Positions 53,922 to 63,769 are shown, numbered from the stretch's first letter. The stretch is 64,000 nucleotides of DNA from an uncultured Nitrospinota bacterium (GCA_963707985.1 CAVPRW010000009.1:96001-160000), one strand, 5' to 3'. A program made the numbers and translations. The notes: generated by a model from the letters alone, not told the origin.

Positions 53922-54914
53922 ATGACTGTGACGACAAATTTTTTTCAGCAGCCGCGGCTGCGTGAAGCCGTCAGGCTGCAGATAAGTGGCGAAGGATGCA
54001 GCCTTCGTTACCGTGAAGAGGAGTATGCGATCGAGCTTGCGGTAGAGACGCAGTCCGATGCCACGCATCTCCTTGAACTGCTCCGCCAGGGCGGGCATTC
54101 AGTCGCGGAGCTATCGCAAAAGGTGCCATCGATTTCGGGGGAAGTAGGTCGGATTTGCCGTGATCTCGACCGTTTCGGGCTGCTCACGGAGACGCTAAAC
54201 ACGCCAGTGGATGCCAAACGCGGCGCACAATTCTATCGGGAGCTCGAACGCTTCATCGAACGCGTCAAGCGACGATACAGCACAAGGCCCTTCTATCAAG
54301 GTCTCGTCAACGGCACGATTAGCCGCGAGCAGCTCATTGGGTATGCGCTCGAATACTATCATGTCGTGCGCATGTGCCCAGGCCTCCTTGCACCCTGCCT
54401 TTCCCATCATGAGTCGCCGAAGACGTTCCACATCTTGCAAGACTTCTTCGTCTCCGAGCTGAACCACGATAAGCTACTCGCGCGTGCGCTGGAGACCGTG
54501 GGTATTGGCAACCGTGAGCTTGAACGCTTGGTGCCGTTGCCGATGACGTTCTCTGTATGCTGCTCGTTAGGAGTCTACGCCCGCCAGCATCCGATGTCGT
54601 TCAAGGCCGCCCTATTCCTGTTCGAGGAGCCCGATCACGAATTCAACGCGGCATTCGAACAACGCTGTGATGCGGTGGGCCTGCCCAAAGCCTTTTATAT
54701 GCCGATCTTCGAGCACGCCTCGATCAACGAGGAGGGCGAGCACGATCAGATTAGTGAAATGCTCTTCGCCGAAGTGCCGTGTATCTCGGATGAGGAGCAA
54801 CTCATCGTCAGGCGTCATATGGCCATTCTCTTAGAATCGTTGGTGCTAATGGATCAACAGATCGTCACGTATTATGGCGGCCAGGAGCGTGTGATCCCCC
54901 GCACCTTCGATTGA
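53922..54914 (+). CDS. RRE-like domain + heme-oxygenase-like di-iron oxidase no. 2
   Basis: LLELLRQGGHSVAEL...DLDRFGLLTE; EYYH, SELNHD, FEE, HASINEEGEH; GAGG RBS. Confidence 0.82.
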   Translation: MTVTTNFFQQPRLREAVRLQISGEGCSLRYREEEYAIELAVETQSDATHLLELLRQGGHSVAELSQKVPSISGEVGRICRDLDRFGLLTETLNTPVDAKRGAQFYRELERFIERVKRRYSTRPFYQGLVNGTISREQLIGYALEYYHVVRMCPGLLAPCLSHHESPKTFHILQDFFVSELNHDKLLARALETVGIGNRELERLVPLPMTFSVCCSLGVYARQHPMSFKAALFLFEEPDHEFNAAFEQRCDAVGLPKAFYMPIFEHASINEEGEHDQISEMLFAEVPCISDEEQLIVRRHMAILLESLVLMDQQIVTYYGGQERVIPRTFD

Positions 54915-55146
54915 GGCAAACGGTGGAGGCCTGGTGCATTCATCGGAATCTCAAGGCTTATGATGACAGGTGGCAGGATGTGATGAGTGTGCTGCTGCAG
55001 TTGGATGTGCCCCGCGCCACTGACGCAGAGCGCACAGGAGTCAGCAGGCAGGTTGGAGTGTTGGTGGAGTATTTCGTGCTCCTGGAGACATAGATCCGAA
55101 ACCACTGCGGAAAGTCCTTTTGCCGCAGTATCTCGGCTGAGGAGTC

Positions 55147-56679
55147 ATGGACATGGAAGCCTGGAACATCAAGAAGTACGAGTCGCCCTACCTTGCCATC
55201 TCGGGTGTGCACTTGGATAATGACACCCGAGAGGTGATCCTCAAGGAAGGGATCAATGAATATGTGATCGATCACGGAGATGATGTGACTGGACAGGAAG
55301 TGGTCACACGACTGCAGGCCTTGCGAGACCCGAATTCCACCGCTTGGCAGGAGCTCTTGTCGGCGCCCCCGAGCTCGGCTTGGCGTGATCTGTTAGAGGC
55401 AATGGATAATCTGGGCCTGCTGCGTGATGCCGTGAGCGAAGGAGAGAGTCGTCGCGATGCAGAGATCAGTACGCTTCGTGACTCGATAGCTACTTGCGTC
55501 GAGCATGTGTTGTTGGAGGTGAAATCCGCATGGCGTCAGGAGTTATTAGCGAACGTAGGTGCACTCAGTCGCCATTGTCTGAGCCTCACCATAGAGCTCT
55601 TACGAAATTTGCCGTTGCAGAACTCGCTTGAATTGGGTCATCAGCGTCCGCTCAGTTTTCCTGAGATTTTTCAGCTGGAGAATTTTTATCAACAGATCGC
55701 CATGGTACAGTCATGCTACCAGCGCAGCCATGCACCATTATCACTTGTGTGCTGCACGTATGCACTGCTGTCACTGACCAAACGCCTTGAAGGCATGGGC
55801 CCAGATCCCGCCATTCTGGATGAGTTGCTATGTGAGTTGACTGGCGGCGCCTATTCCACGGTAGACGCGCAACGCCATCTCAACGGCCTGGCAGAGTATT
55901 TGGTGAGTGGTGTGGACGTCCAAAAGTTCCAGCGCTTTTGCACAGCACAGTATGAACCCAAGAAGTGCCTGACCGGTATCGAGTTCATGCTGGAGATCGA
56001 GCGTCTGGTACGTGAAGTTTCGAGCCGTGTCGGTACGCCCAAGTACTTAGACGCGCTGATGGCTGAGAATGCTGGTGTGATCTTGGTGCAAGGCCGGTAC
56101 CTGCAAGACTACCATGTGACGACTCGCTTTCCCGAGATCATCACCGCTATCTTACCCAAGCGTCTGAACACCCCTTTGCGTAAGAAGGCGTTCCAGTATT
56201 ACGCCGAAGAGCTTGGGCATGATGTTTTAGAGTATCAGAGTTGCCGAGAGCTTGGTCTTACTGATGCCCAGATTCAGCACGCTCAACCGCTGCCGCTACA
56301 TTATGCTTACGTGGACGTGTTTACGCAGTTGGGTGAGCTGGACCCGGTGGGCTATGCGGTCTCCATCCTCGTCACCGAAGGCATGCTCGGAGTCGAGTCC
56401 CCGCTAGATGAGCCGTACAAGCGCCTGGTAGGGGAGTTCAGAGCCCTGGACAAACACATCTTGCTCAATGAAAAATACCATCATACCAGTATTCCGCGCC
56501 TGTTTATGGCGGAGGTGAAATCGGTCTCTCCGGCCACCCAACGTTTAGCTGTAAGCTATATGCTCTTAGTCCTGGAACTCAATTACCGGGCCTGGGATGA
56601 TCTCTTGGATCATTATCAGCACGGTGATCAACGTTTCTTACGTGTGTTACCCAAGGTCTCCGCACTCGTTGAAGTCTGA
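55147..56679 (+). CDS. Extended heme-oxygenase-like di-iron oxidase no. 3 (RRE-like N-terminus, helical insert)
   Basis: LLEAMDNLGLLRD; C-terminal QDYH, EELGHD, TEG, HILLNEKYHH; GAGGAG RBS. Confidence 0.78.
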   Translation: MDMEAWNIKKYESPYLAISGVHLDNDTREVILKEGINEYVIDHGDDVTGQEVVTRLQALRDPNSTAWQELLSAPPSSAWRDLLEAMDNLGLLRDAVSEGESRRDAEISTLRDSIATCVEHVLLEVKSAWRQELLANVGALSRHCLSLTIELLRNLPLQNSLELGHQRPLSFPEIFQLENFYQQIAMVQSCYQRSHAPLSLVCCTYALLSLTKRLEGMGPDPAILDELLCELTGGAYSTVDAQRHLNGLAEYLVSGVDVQKFQRFCTAQYEPKKCLTGIEFMLEIERLVREVSSRVGTPKYLDALMAENAGVILVQGRYLQDYHVTTRFPEIITAILPKRLNTPLRKKAFQYYAEELGHDVLEYQSCRELGLTDAQIQHAQPLPLHYAYVDVFTQLGELDPVGYAVSILVTEGMLGVESPLDEPYKRLVGEFRALDKHILLNEKYHHTSIPRLFMAEVKSVSPATQRLAVSYMLLVLELNYRAWDDLLDHYQHGDQRFLRVLPKVSALVEV

Positions 56680-56733
56680 TGTAAGAGTGCGCGCGATTGC
56701 GGCAACGACACTGCATGTATCAGGGATTCTCCT

Positions 56734-57930
56734 ATGGCAACGGCGTTCTCCCGCACAATGCGCTCCTTGGCGGCGGATGGGGCCAAGCATCGATTGGTAG
56801 GCGTCATACTGGCGACGCTTCTCTTCGGCGGTTGGGTGGCCTGGGGCTTTCTGTCCCAAGTCACGGTGTATGCCGTGACTCAGACGGCGCGCCTCGAAGT
56901 GGACCGGGTCACTTATCCAGTAGCGGCCCCGCTAGCTGGCAAGATCGTCGCGACGCGTTTAGTGGTCAATCAGGAGGTACAAGCGGGCGATGTACTCGTC
57001 GAGCTCGATGCTGCGGCGCAGCGGCTGCAGTTGGAGGAAGCGCGCGCCCGTCTGCATGTGCTCGCTCCGCAATTGGACGCGCTCCGGGCGACTATCACTG
57101 CTGAGGAGCGCGCCCTACGTGAGGCCCGGCAGGCCGGTCGTGCCGGCCTTGACGAAGCGAGTGCACGGCACCGCGAGGCTGAGGTGGCCGCGCGTGCCGC
57201 TGATGAAGAAGCCGAACTCTTCAACCGCTTGCAAGCCCGGGCCTTGCCAAGTCAGCTCGATGTGATGCGTGCCAAAGCCGAGGCACAGCGACGCCAGACT
57301 GCAGCCAACACGTTCCGTCTGGCAGTGATCCGACTGGATGCGGACCAACGTACCAAGGAGAGCGATCGGACGGTGCGCCTCGAGGGATTGAGACGTGAGA
57401 CCACGCAGATAACAGCCGATATGACCACAACGACCGCCGCGATTGAGCGGCTCGAGCATGAGATCGATCGTCGTCAGATCCGCGCTCCGGCGGCCGGGCA
57501 GCTCGGGGAAGCGGCTGCTCTGCAAGTGGGAGCGATCGTGCGCGAGGGCGATGTCCTCGGAGTGGTGCTGCCGGCCGGTGCGCTCAGAGTTGTAGGCTTG
57601 TTTTCCCCGCCAGTGGCACTTGGCCGCCTCCAGCCTGGCCAGCCGGCCCAACTGCGCCTTGAAGGTTTTCCCTGGACTCAATACGGCATTATTGCGGCTA
57701 CAGTGGCGAGAGTGGCCCATGAAGTACGCGACGGCCAGATTCGTGTGGAATTCAAGCTGGCCCCGGATGTCGCATTTCCGATCCCGCTCCAGCACGGTAT
57801 GCCAGGGACGATCGAAATCGAAGTCGAACGGCTAGCACCCGCAATGCTCGCCTTACGGAACATTGGCAAGCATCTTGGCCTGGTGCAGGCGGCGCGGGAA
57901 CGTGGGAATGGCAATGGAGTGGCGCAATGA
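56734..57930 (+). CDS. HlyD-family membrane fusion/adaptor protein
   Basis: N-terminal TM, VQAGDVLVELD, long coiled coil, IRAPAAG, FPWTQYG; ATGA overlap with next gene. Confidence 0.9.
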   Translation: MATAFSRTMRSLAADGAKHRLVGVILATLLFGGWVAWGFLSQVTVYAVTQTARLEVDRVTYPVAAPLAGKIVATRLVVNQEVQAGDVLVELDAAAQRLQLEEARARLHVLAPQLDALRATITAEERALREARQAGRAGLDEASARHREAEVAARAADEEAELFNRLQARALPSQLDVMRAKAEAQRRQTAANTFRLAVIRLDADQRTKESDRTVRLEGLRRETTQITADMTTTTAAIERLEHEIDRRQIRAPAAGQLGEAAALQVGAIVREGDVLGVVLPAGALRVVGLFSPPVALGRLQPGQPAQLRLEGFPWTQYGIIAATVARVAHEVRDGQIRVEFKLAPDVAFPIPLQHGMPGTIEIEVERLAPAMLALRNIGKHLGLVQAARERGNGNGVAQ

Positions 57931-60671
57931 TGCCTATGGTTCCTGGGATCCGCCGTCGCTGGCTAGCCCCTGAGGTCGTACAGACCTCCGCTACGGACTG
58001 TGGCCCGGCTGCACTCACTTGCCTGCTCGGGGGTTTCGGCATCTCGGTGAGTTACGGCCGCCTGCGCGAAGCTTGTCAGACCGATGTCGACGGCACGTCC
58101 ATCGACACGCTCGAGGAGGCTGCAGTCCAGCTCGGGCTCGAAGTGGAGCAAGTCATGGTGCCGGTGGATCACCTGCTCCTCCCAGAGGCCGAGACCCTGC
58201 CGGCCCTTGTCGTGGTCCGTTTGGCGAATGGGTTCACCCACTTCGTCATTGCCTGGCGCCGACACGGCCGTTTCGTACAGGTCATGGATCCAGCGACCGG
58301 GCGGCGATGGCCGACCCGTAAGCGGTTCATCGATGAGCTCTATATCCATACCCTGCCAATCTCTGCCGCTACCTGGCGCGCTTGGGCGAGCATGGAGACC
58401 TTTCTCGCCAGCCTGCGCCGCCGCTGGGCGCTCCTAGGCCTCGGTGGCCCAGCGGAGCAGCGCACCCTGACAGCCGCCCTCGATGACCCCGACTGGTATC
58501 CACTCGCCGCTCTGGATGCTACCACCCGTATGGTCGACGCCATGGTGCGTGCTGGCGGACTCGGCCGCGGTCGGCCGGCCTCCCGGCTGCTCGCTATGTG
58601 CTACGAGCGCGCGCGCCACCAAGGCCTTGAGGCTGTACAAGAGATTCCCGCGGCGTATTGGACAGTACGACCCGATCCGTCTGGCCCAGAGGGGGAGGTG
58701 CGCCTGCTCTTGCGTGGAGCGGTGCTCATGCGGGTGCTCGGGCGGCGTTTGCTGGAAAGCTCCCAGCGGGATGAGAAGCCATTAGATGCCGCCAGTGACC
58801 TCGCACCCTTGTCGCCCGAGCTAGCCGCCGCTCTTGCGGAGCCACCGAGCACGCCTGGGCGGACGCTCTTGCACTTCGTCAGCGCCCAAGGCTCGCTGGA
58901 ACTCGTAGGACTCATGGTGGCCCTAGGTCTCGCCGCCATCGGCGTCGTGGTGGAGCCGTTGCTCTTGCGGAGCTTATTTGACCTCGACCGTGAACTGGGA
59001 CTAGTGCAGCAGCGTCTTGGCGTCTTGGCGGCGCTGCTGTCCTTTATGGCCGTGCTACTGGGGCTCGAACTCCCCATGATAGTCGGTCTGCTCCGCCTGG
59101 GACGCCAGCTGGAATTGCGGATGCGACAGGCATTTCTGGAAAAGATTCCACGCCTTGGTGACCGCTACTTCCAAAGCCGTCCGACGTCTGATATGGCCGA
59201 GCGTAGCCATGTCGTTCACCTGCTACGCCTCTTGCCAGTCCTGGGCGGCCAGTACGTACAACGGCTCTTCGAGGTCGTTTTGATCACCGTTGGCATTATC
59301 TGGCTCACCCCAGCAAGTGCCGTGATGGCGCTGCTGGCAGCCGTGTGTGCGGTGGGTTTACCAATCGTTATCCAGCGCTTCCTCAGTGAGCAAGACATGC
59401 GCATTCGCACCCACACTGGCGCGCTCGGCAGCTTTTACCTTGATGCCCTGCTGGGGTTGATGGCAGTACGGACGCATGGGGCCGAGCGCGCTATCCAGCG
59501 CGAGCACGAGAGCCTTTTGGTAGAGTGGAGACGGGCTAGTCGCAGGCTGCAGCGCACCGTCGCAGTGTTCGAAGGGTTGCAGGGGCTACTGGGTTTTGGC
59601 CTGGCGGCTTGGCTTCTTGTGGCTTATATCACTCAGAGCGGCCTGAGTGGTGGTGTGCTGTTGCTCACCTACTGGGCACTCAGTCTGCCGCTATTGGGTC
59701 AGGAGATGGTGCTGTTGGTGCGCCAATATCCCAGGCAGCGTAATGCTACCTTGCGCCTCCTTGAACCCCTCGGAGCCCTCGAAGAGACGATTGAATCCGC
59801 CACTTACCCGGTGCCAACGGAAGCGGTCCATACCCGTGGCGTGGCCCTCGCGCTACAGAACGTTAGTGTGCGTGCGGCCGGGCATATCATCCTGGACAAC
59901 GTCGACCTCGTTGTTCCGGCAGGCAGTCACGTGGCCATCGTCGGCCCATCGGGTGCCGGCAAGTCGACCTTGGTAGGCCTTCTCTTAGGCTGGCACCGAG
60001 CGGCCAGCGGCCAGGTGTGCGTCGATGGCTTTCCTCTCGATAGTCAGCGTCTCGCACAGCTACGCCAGGACACTGCCTGGGTCGATCCGACCGTACAGCT
60101 CTGGAATCGTTCGTTACTCGAAAATCTACACTACGGGATACATGGTGATCACCCCTTGCCTCTCGCAACCATCATTGAGCAGGCTGAGTTGCGGAGTGTG
60201 TTGGAAAAGTTCCCCGATGGCCTTCAGACCTCTCTCGGTGAGGGAGGAAGATTCATTTCGGGTGGGGAAGGGCAACGGGTGCGACTGGGACGGGCGATGC
60301 TCCGGCCGGGGGTGCGGTTGGTGATCTTGGATGAGCCGTTCCGCGGGCTCGACCGCGAGCAGCGGCGGACGCTACTGGCGCGCGCCCGATCCCTGTGGCA
60401 GGGGGCAACTCTCCTCTGTATTACCCATGACGTGGACGCCACGCGTAAATTTGACCGCGTGCTGGTCGTGGAGGGTGGTCGCATTATTGAGGATGGCGCT
60501 CCGGACGCTCTGGCAACGCGGGTGCATTCACGCTACCGGGCGCTCGTGGAGGCGGAGGCGGCCGTCCGCGAGCGCCTCTGGGCAGGCCATATCTGGCGTC
60601 GGCTACGCCTCGAGGACGGTCGGCTAGTCGAGGGCCATGACCAGGAGAGGGATAATGCTGGCGCTGCATGA
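57927..60671 (+). CDS. Peptidase-containing ABC transporter (C39 + TMD + NBD)
   Basis: QTSATDCGPAAL, HFV, MDP catalytic motifs; GPSGAGKST, ISGGEGQR, ILDE. Confidence 0.92.
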   Translation: MMPMVPGIRRRWLAPEVVQTSATDCGPAALTCLLGGFGISVSYGRLREACQTDVDGTSIDTLEEAAVQLGLEVEQVMVPVDHLLLPEAETLPALVVVRLANGFTHFVIAWRRHGRFVQVMDPATGRRWPTRKRFIDELYIHTLPISAATWRAWASMETFLASLRRRWALLGLGGPAEQRTLTAALDDPDWYPLAALDATTRMVDAMVRAGGLGRGRPASRLLAMCYERARHQGLEAVQEIPAAYWTVRPDPSGPEGEVRLLLRGAVLMRVLGRRLLESSQRDEKPLDAASDLAPLSPELAAALAEPPSTPGRTLLHFVSAQGSLELVGLMVALGLAAIGVVVEPLLLRSLFDLDRELGLVQQRLGVLAALLSFMAVLLGLELPMIVGLLRLGRQLELRMRQAFLEKIPRLGDRYFQSRPTSDMAERSHVVHLLRLLPVLGGQYVQRLFEVVLITVGIIWLTPASAVMALLAAVCAVGLPIVIQRFLSEQDMRIRTHTGALGSFYLDALLGLMAVRTHGAERAIQREHESLLVEWRRASRRLQRTVAVFEGLQGLLGFGLAAWLLVAYITQSGLSGGVLLLTYWALSLPLLGQEMVLLVRQYPRQRNATLRLLEPLGALEETIESATYPVPTEAVHTRGVALALQNVSVRAAGHIILDNVDLVVPAGSHVAIVGPSGAGKSTLVGLLLGWHRAASGQVCVDGFPLDSQRLAQLRQDTAWVDPTVQLWNRSLLENLHYGIHGDHPLPLATIIEQAELRSVLEKFPDGLQTSLGEGGRFISGGEGQRVRLGRAMLRPGVRLVILDEPFRGLDREQRRTLLARARSLWQGATLLCITHDVDATRKFDRVLVVEGGRIIEDGAPDALATRVHSRYRALVEAEAAVRERLWAGHIWRRLRLEDGRLVEGHDQERDNAGAA

Positions 60672-62793
60672 GCTCGCCTGGCCGCTCACTCGGCTAGGAG
60701 AGGCGATCGAGACGGTGGCACGGAAACACGGTCTGTTGGCAAACCAACACGAGACCCCAACACCTCCAGACAGGCTGGGGCAGGACGGCGGGGTGGAGCT
60801 CGGGACATGGCTCGAGACGACGGCGGCATGGCTGGGCTTAGAGGCCGAGCCTGTGGAGGCATCATATGCCGAGGTAGCAGGGTTTGTACGAAGTGCCGGC
60901 CCAGCCCTACTCGCCCTGCCGGGTACGGATACACTGTGCTTCCTGGCCTTACTCGGGGGCACGCGTCACACGGCGACTCTCTTAGGACCCGACCTCGTCG
61001 TGCATCGTCGTCCTCTGAAGGCCGTGTGTGCGGCCCTCTGTGAGCACCTCGAAACCCCGTTGCAGGCGGATGTGGAACCGCTACTTGACGCAGTCGGTGT
61101 CGCTGGACGGCGACGGGCACAGGTCAGGGAGGCACTCGTCCACCAGCGGCTCAGTCGGGCTCGCTTGGGGAACTGTTGGCTGCTACGTCCTCCGGCTGGC
61201 ACAGCCTTCTGGAGTCAACTGTATGATGCCGGGGTATGGCACCGCCTTGTAGGACTCCTCGGTGGGTACGCCGCGCAATACGGCCTGTGGCTCCTGTCCT
61301 GGTGGCTGCTCGGACAGTGGGCCCTGCAGGGACGCCTCGACGAAGGCTGGCTGCTGGCTTGGGTCCTGCTGTTACTCACCATCGTGCCCCTGCGCATGCT
61401 CGTGACTTGGTTACAGGGTGAGATCGCCATCAGTGCCGGAGGGCTCTTGAAGAGCCGACTGCTAGCCGGAGTATTGCGGCTGGCTCCGGATGAGATGCGA
61501 CACCAGGGTGTCGGCCAACTCCTCGGGCGCGTTGTCGAGGCTGAGGCTGTGGAAGCACTCGCTCTGAACGGCGGTATGCTTGGTCTCATGGGGGGAATCG
61601 AGCTCGGCATCGCAGTGCTGCTCTTTGGTGTAGTCTCCGAAGGAGTGCCGCTCCTGCTTTTGCTCCTAGGCTGGGCGGCGTTCACGGTCTTGATGGGTTG
61701 GCGCTATCTGCGACGACGGCAGTGCTGGAGCTCAGCGCGTCTCAACCTTACGCACGACCTGGTTGAGCGCATGGTCGGCCATCGTACTCGACAGGCCCAG
61801 GAAGCTCCAATGCATTGGCATGACGGCGAGGACCAGGCCCTGGCCCGCTATCTGGAACTGGCGCGCGCTGTGGACCGATCGACAGCGGTGTTATTGGCAC
61901 TTGTGCCGCGCGGGTGGATGATCCTGGGTGTGTTAGGCCTTGCCCCCGCCTTACTCACCAGCACCATCGGCCCCGCTGGGCTCGCTATCAATCTCGCTGG
62001 AGTCTTGCTGGCCGCTTCCGCCTATAAAAAGCTGGCGACAGGCCTGTGGCATGGGGCCGGAGCACTGATTGCCTGGCAACAGGTAGCGCCCCTCTTCCAT
62101 GCCGCTGCCCGACCAGACCTCGCGACATCGCCCGCCCTGCTGCAGATGCCCGCCGCTGGGGCGGGTATTCCGAGAGAAACGTCACCACTACTCGAAGCCC
62201 ATGATCTGGTATTTCGCTACCGCGAGCGTGGCGCCTCGGTCTTGCGCGACTGTAATATGCGCCTCTGGCCCGGAGAACGGCTCCTACTGGAAGGTCCCTC
62301 TGGGGGTGGCAAGTCCACTTTGGCAATGCTCCTACTTGGCCTGCGACTGCCGGACTCCGGCCTCGTGCTCCTGCAGGGTCTCGACCGCCACACATTGGGA
62401 GTGGAGGGGTGGCGCCGGCGGGTGGTCGCCGCACCTCAGTTTCAGGAGAACCACGTCTTTACCGGCACATTTGCGTTCAACCTGCTCATGGGACGGGGCT
62501 GGCCGCCGCGCCCTGAGGACTTAGTGGAGGCCGAAACCCTCTGTCGTGCCCTCGGCCTGGGACCGCTCCTCGACCATATGCCGGCCGGCCTGTTGCAGAT
62601 GGTCGGCGAGACCGGCTGGCAGCTCTCGCAGGGGGAGCGTAGCCGGCTCTATATTGCCCGTAGCTTGCTGCAAGGCGCCGCTTGTCTCATTCTCGATGAG
62701 AGTTTCGCCGCCCTTGACCCCGAGACCCTGCGCCGCTGTCTGTCCTGTGTTCTGGAGAAAGCTCCCACACTCCTCGTCATCGCGCATCCGTAA
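60655..62793 (+). CDS. Second ABC transporter subunit (non-catalytic N-terminal domain + TMD + NBD)
   Basis: GPSGGGKST, LSQGERSR, ILDESF, IAH; overlaps the previous gene; no QxxxxDCG motif. Confidence 0.9.
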   Translation: MLALHELAWPLTRLGEAIETVARKHGLLANQHETPTPPDRLGQDGGVELGTWLETTAAWLGLEAEPVEASYAEVAGFVRSAGPALLALPGTDTLCFLALLGGTRHTATLLGPDLVVHRRPLKAVCAALCEHLETPLQADVEPLLDAVGVAGRRRAQVREALVHQRLSRARLGNCWLLRPPAGTAFWSQLYDAGVWHRLVGLLGGYAAQYGLWLLSWWLLGQWALQGRLDEGWLLAWVLLLLTIVPLRMLVTWLQGEIAISAGGLLKSRLLAGVLRLAPDEMRHQGVGQLLGRVVEAEAVEALALNGGMLGLMGGIELGIAVLLFGVVSEGVPLLLLLLGWAAFTVLMGWRYLRRRQCWSSARLNLTHDLVERMVGHRTRQAQEAPMHWHDGEDQALARYLELARAVDRSTAVLLALVPRGWMILGVLGLAPALLTSTIGPAGLAINLAGVLLAASAYKKLATGLWHGAGALIAWQQVAPLFHAAARPDLATSPALLQMPAAGAGIPRETSPLLEAHDLVFRYRERGASVLRDCNMRLWPGERLLLEGPSGGGKSTLAMLLLGLRLPDSGLVLLQGLDRHTLGVEGWRRRVVAAPQFQENHVFTGTFAFNLLMGRGWPPRPEDLVEAETLCRALGLGPLLDHMPAGLLQMVGETGWQLSQGERSRLYIARSLLQGAACLILDESFAALDPETLRRCLSCVLEKAPTLLVIAHP

Positions 62794-62919
62794 CATTGCA
62801 GGTAGTGATATCCCTGTAATGCGCACTCTATGCCGAGAACAGACAGATCTGGGGGCAGCCCAGGACTTCGGCTAGAATATTCCCATTTCTCGTCCATCAC
62901 TGAATCGGCGGATGCCCCC

Positions 62920-62984
62920 ATGAAGATCACAGTCCACCTGGTCGTATGTGACGACGATGGTCACGAAGGAACGGTTACGGAGGT
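62920..62984 (+). pseudogene. ISKra4-like transposase N-terminal stub
   Basis: MKITVHLVVCDDDGHEGTVTEV, interrupted at a GGGG end. Confidence 0.45.
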
Positions 62985-63360
62985 GGGGTATGGTCGGGAT
63001 ACGTGGAATTTCCCTTTTGTGGATAACTTCTTTATACTCCGCTTGCCGTGGAAAAATAATTAGAACACTTTGCCCCCAGGCACACCCTTTTTCGGACACC
63101 TCTCATGGAGCCTTCCACCTATGCCTTCCATCGAACGCACAGCGTCTCCGCGTATCAAACCGTCCCTGACCGCCAACGAACTCCAGACCCTCTACGATCC
63201 GACCGTGGAGGAACGGGATTTTGTTTCGACTATCTCGACCATGGCCTGAGGTGCGGTGACGTCTATATCGAGGGCTCCAAGGCCTATGCGGATTATCGGC
63301 AGCAGCTGTTCCCATGGGACGAGTGTGCGCCATGTGGACCGGCGTATTGCCAAGTGTGGT
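62985..63360 (+). mobile_element. Tn3-family remnant (end + internally deleted transposase)
   Basis: GGGGTATGGTC... end; MPSIERTASPRIKPSLTANELQTLYDPT at 63121; LRCGDVYIEGSKAYADYRQQLFPWDEC. Confidence 0.65.
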
Positions 63361-63457
63361 TCGCAAAACAGGGCATGCAAAAGCCGGGGCGGCTGCCTTC
63401 GCCGCGCGGGGCCACCCCGGCCACTCAAGTCGTACCCTACACACAGGAGTCCCACCG

Positions 63458-63769
63458 ATGCGCATGATAACGAAAGCTGCCGTCATTTGCACCATCTCCC
63501 TACTCCTGCTGACCGGCTGCGTCTTCGATGTGCATAAGGCCATTTCTGGTGCCCACAAGCCCAGAGTCGTCTTCGCCCTACCTGCCGCCTGGCGCTGTGA
63601 TCGCGAGAAATCGATGGTGCCGACTGCCGAGGGGCGCCTGGAACCGTGCACCGTCTGCACGAATATTGCGCGGACCCCGCAGGCCGTGACTATCAACACG
63701 ACTGAGCACGCGGTGCCGGCCCAGGGCCATGTCGCCACATGCGAGACCGGCGCCTTTGTGACGGAGTGA
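63458..63769 (+). CDS. Putative small lipoprotein
   Basis: AGGAG RBS; MRMITKAAVICTISLLLLTGC lipobox; four further Cys after it. Confidence 0.5.
   Translation: MRMITKAAVICTISLLLLTGCVFDVHKAISGAHKPRVVFALPAAWRCDREKSMVPTAEGRLEPCTVCTNIARTPQAVTINTTEHAVPAQGHVATCETGAFVTE

Noticed and set aside
54911..55093. 60-aa ORF between oxidases 2 and 3 as a second precursor or accessory protein
   Set aside because: TTG start without a clear RBS, and no similarity to the precursor motif; cannot be supported, though not excluded
52919..56679. Oxidase genes as PQQ biosynthesis (pqqC) or thiamine salvage (tenA)
   Set aside because: No pqqB/pqqE or thi genes nearby, the peptide lacks the PqqA ExxxY motif, and a peptidase exporter follows
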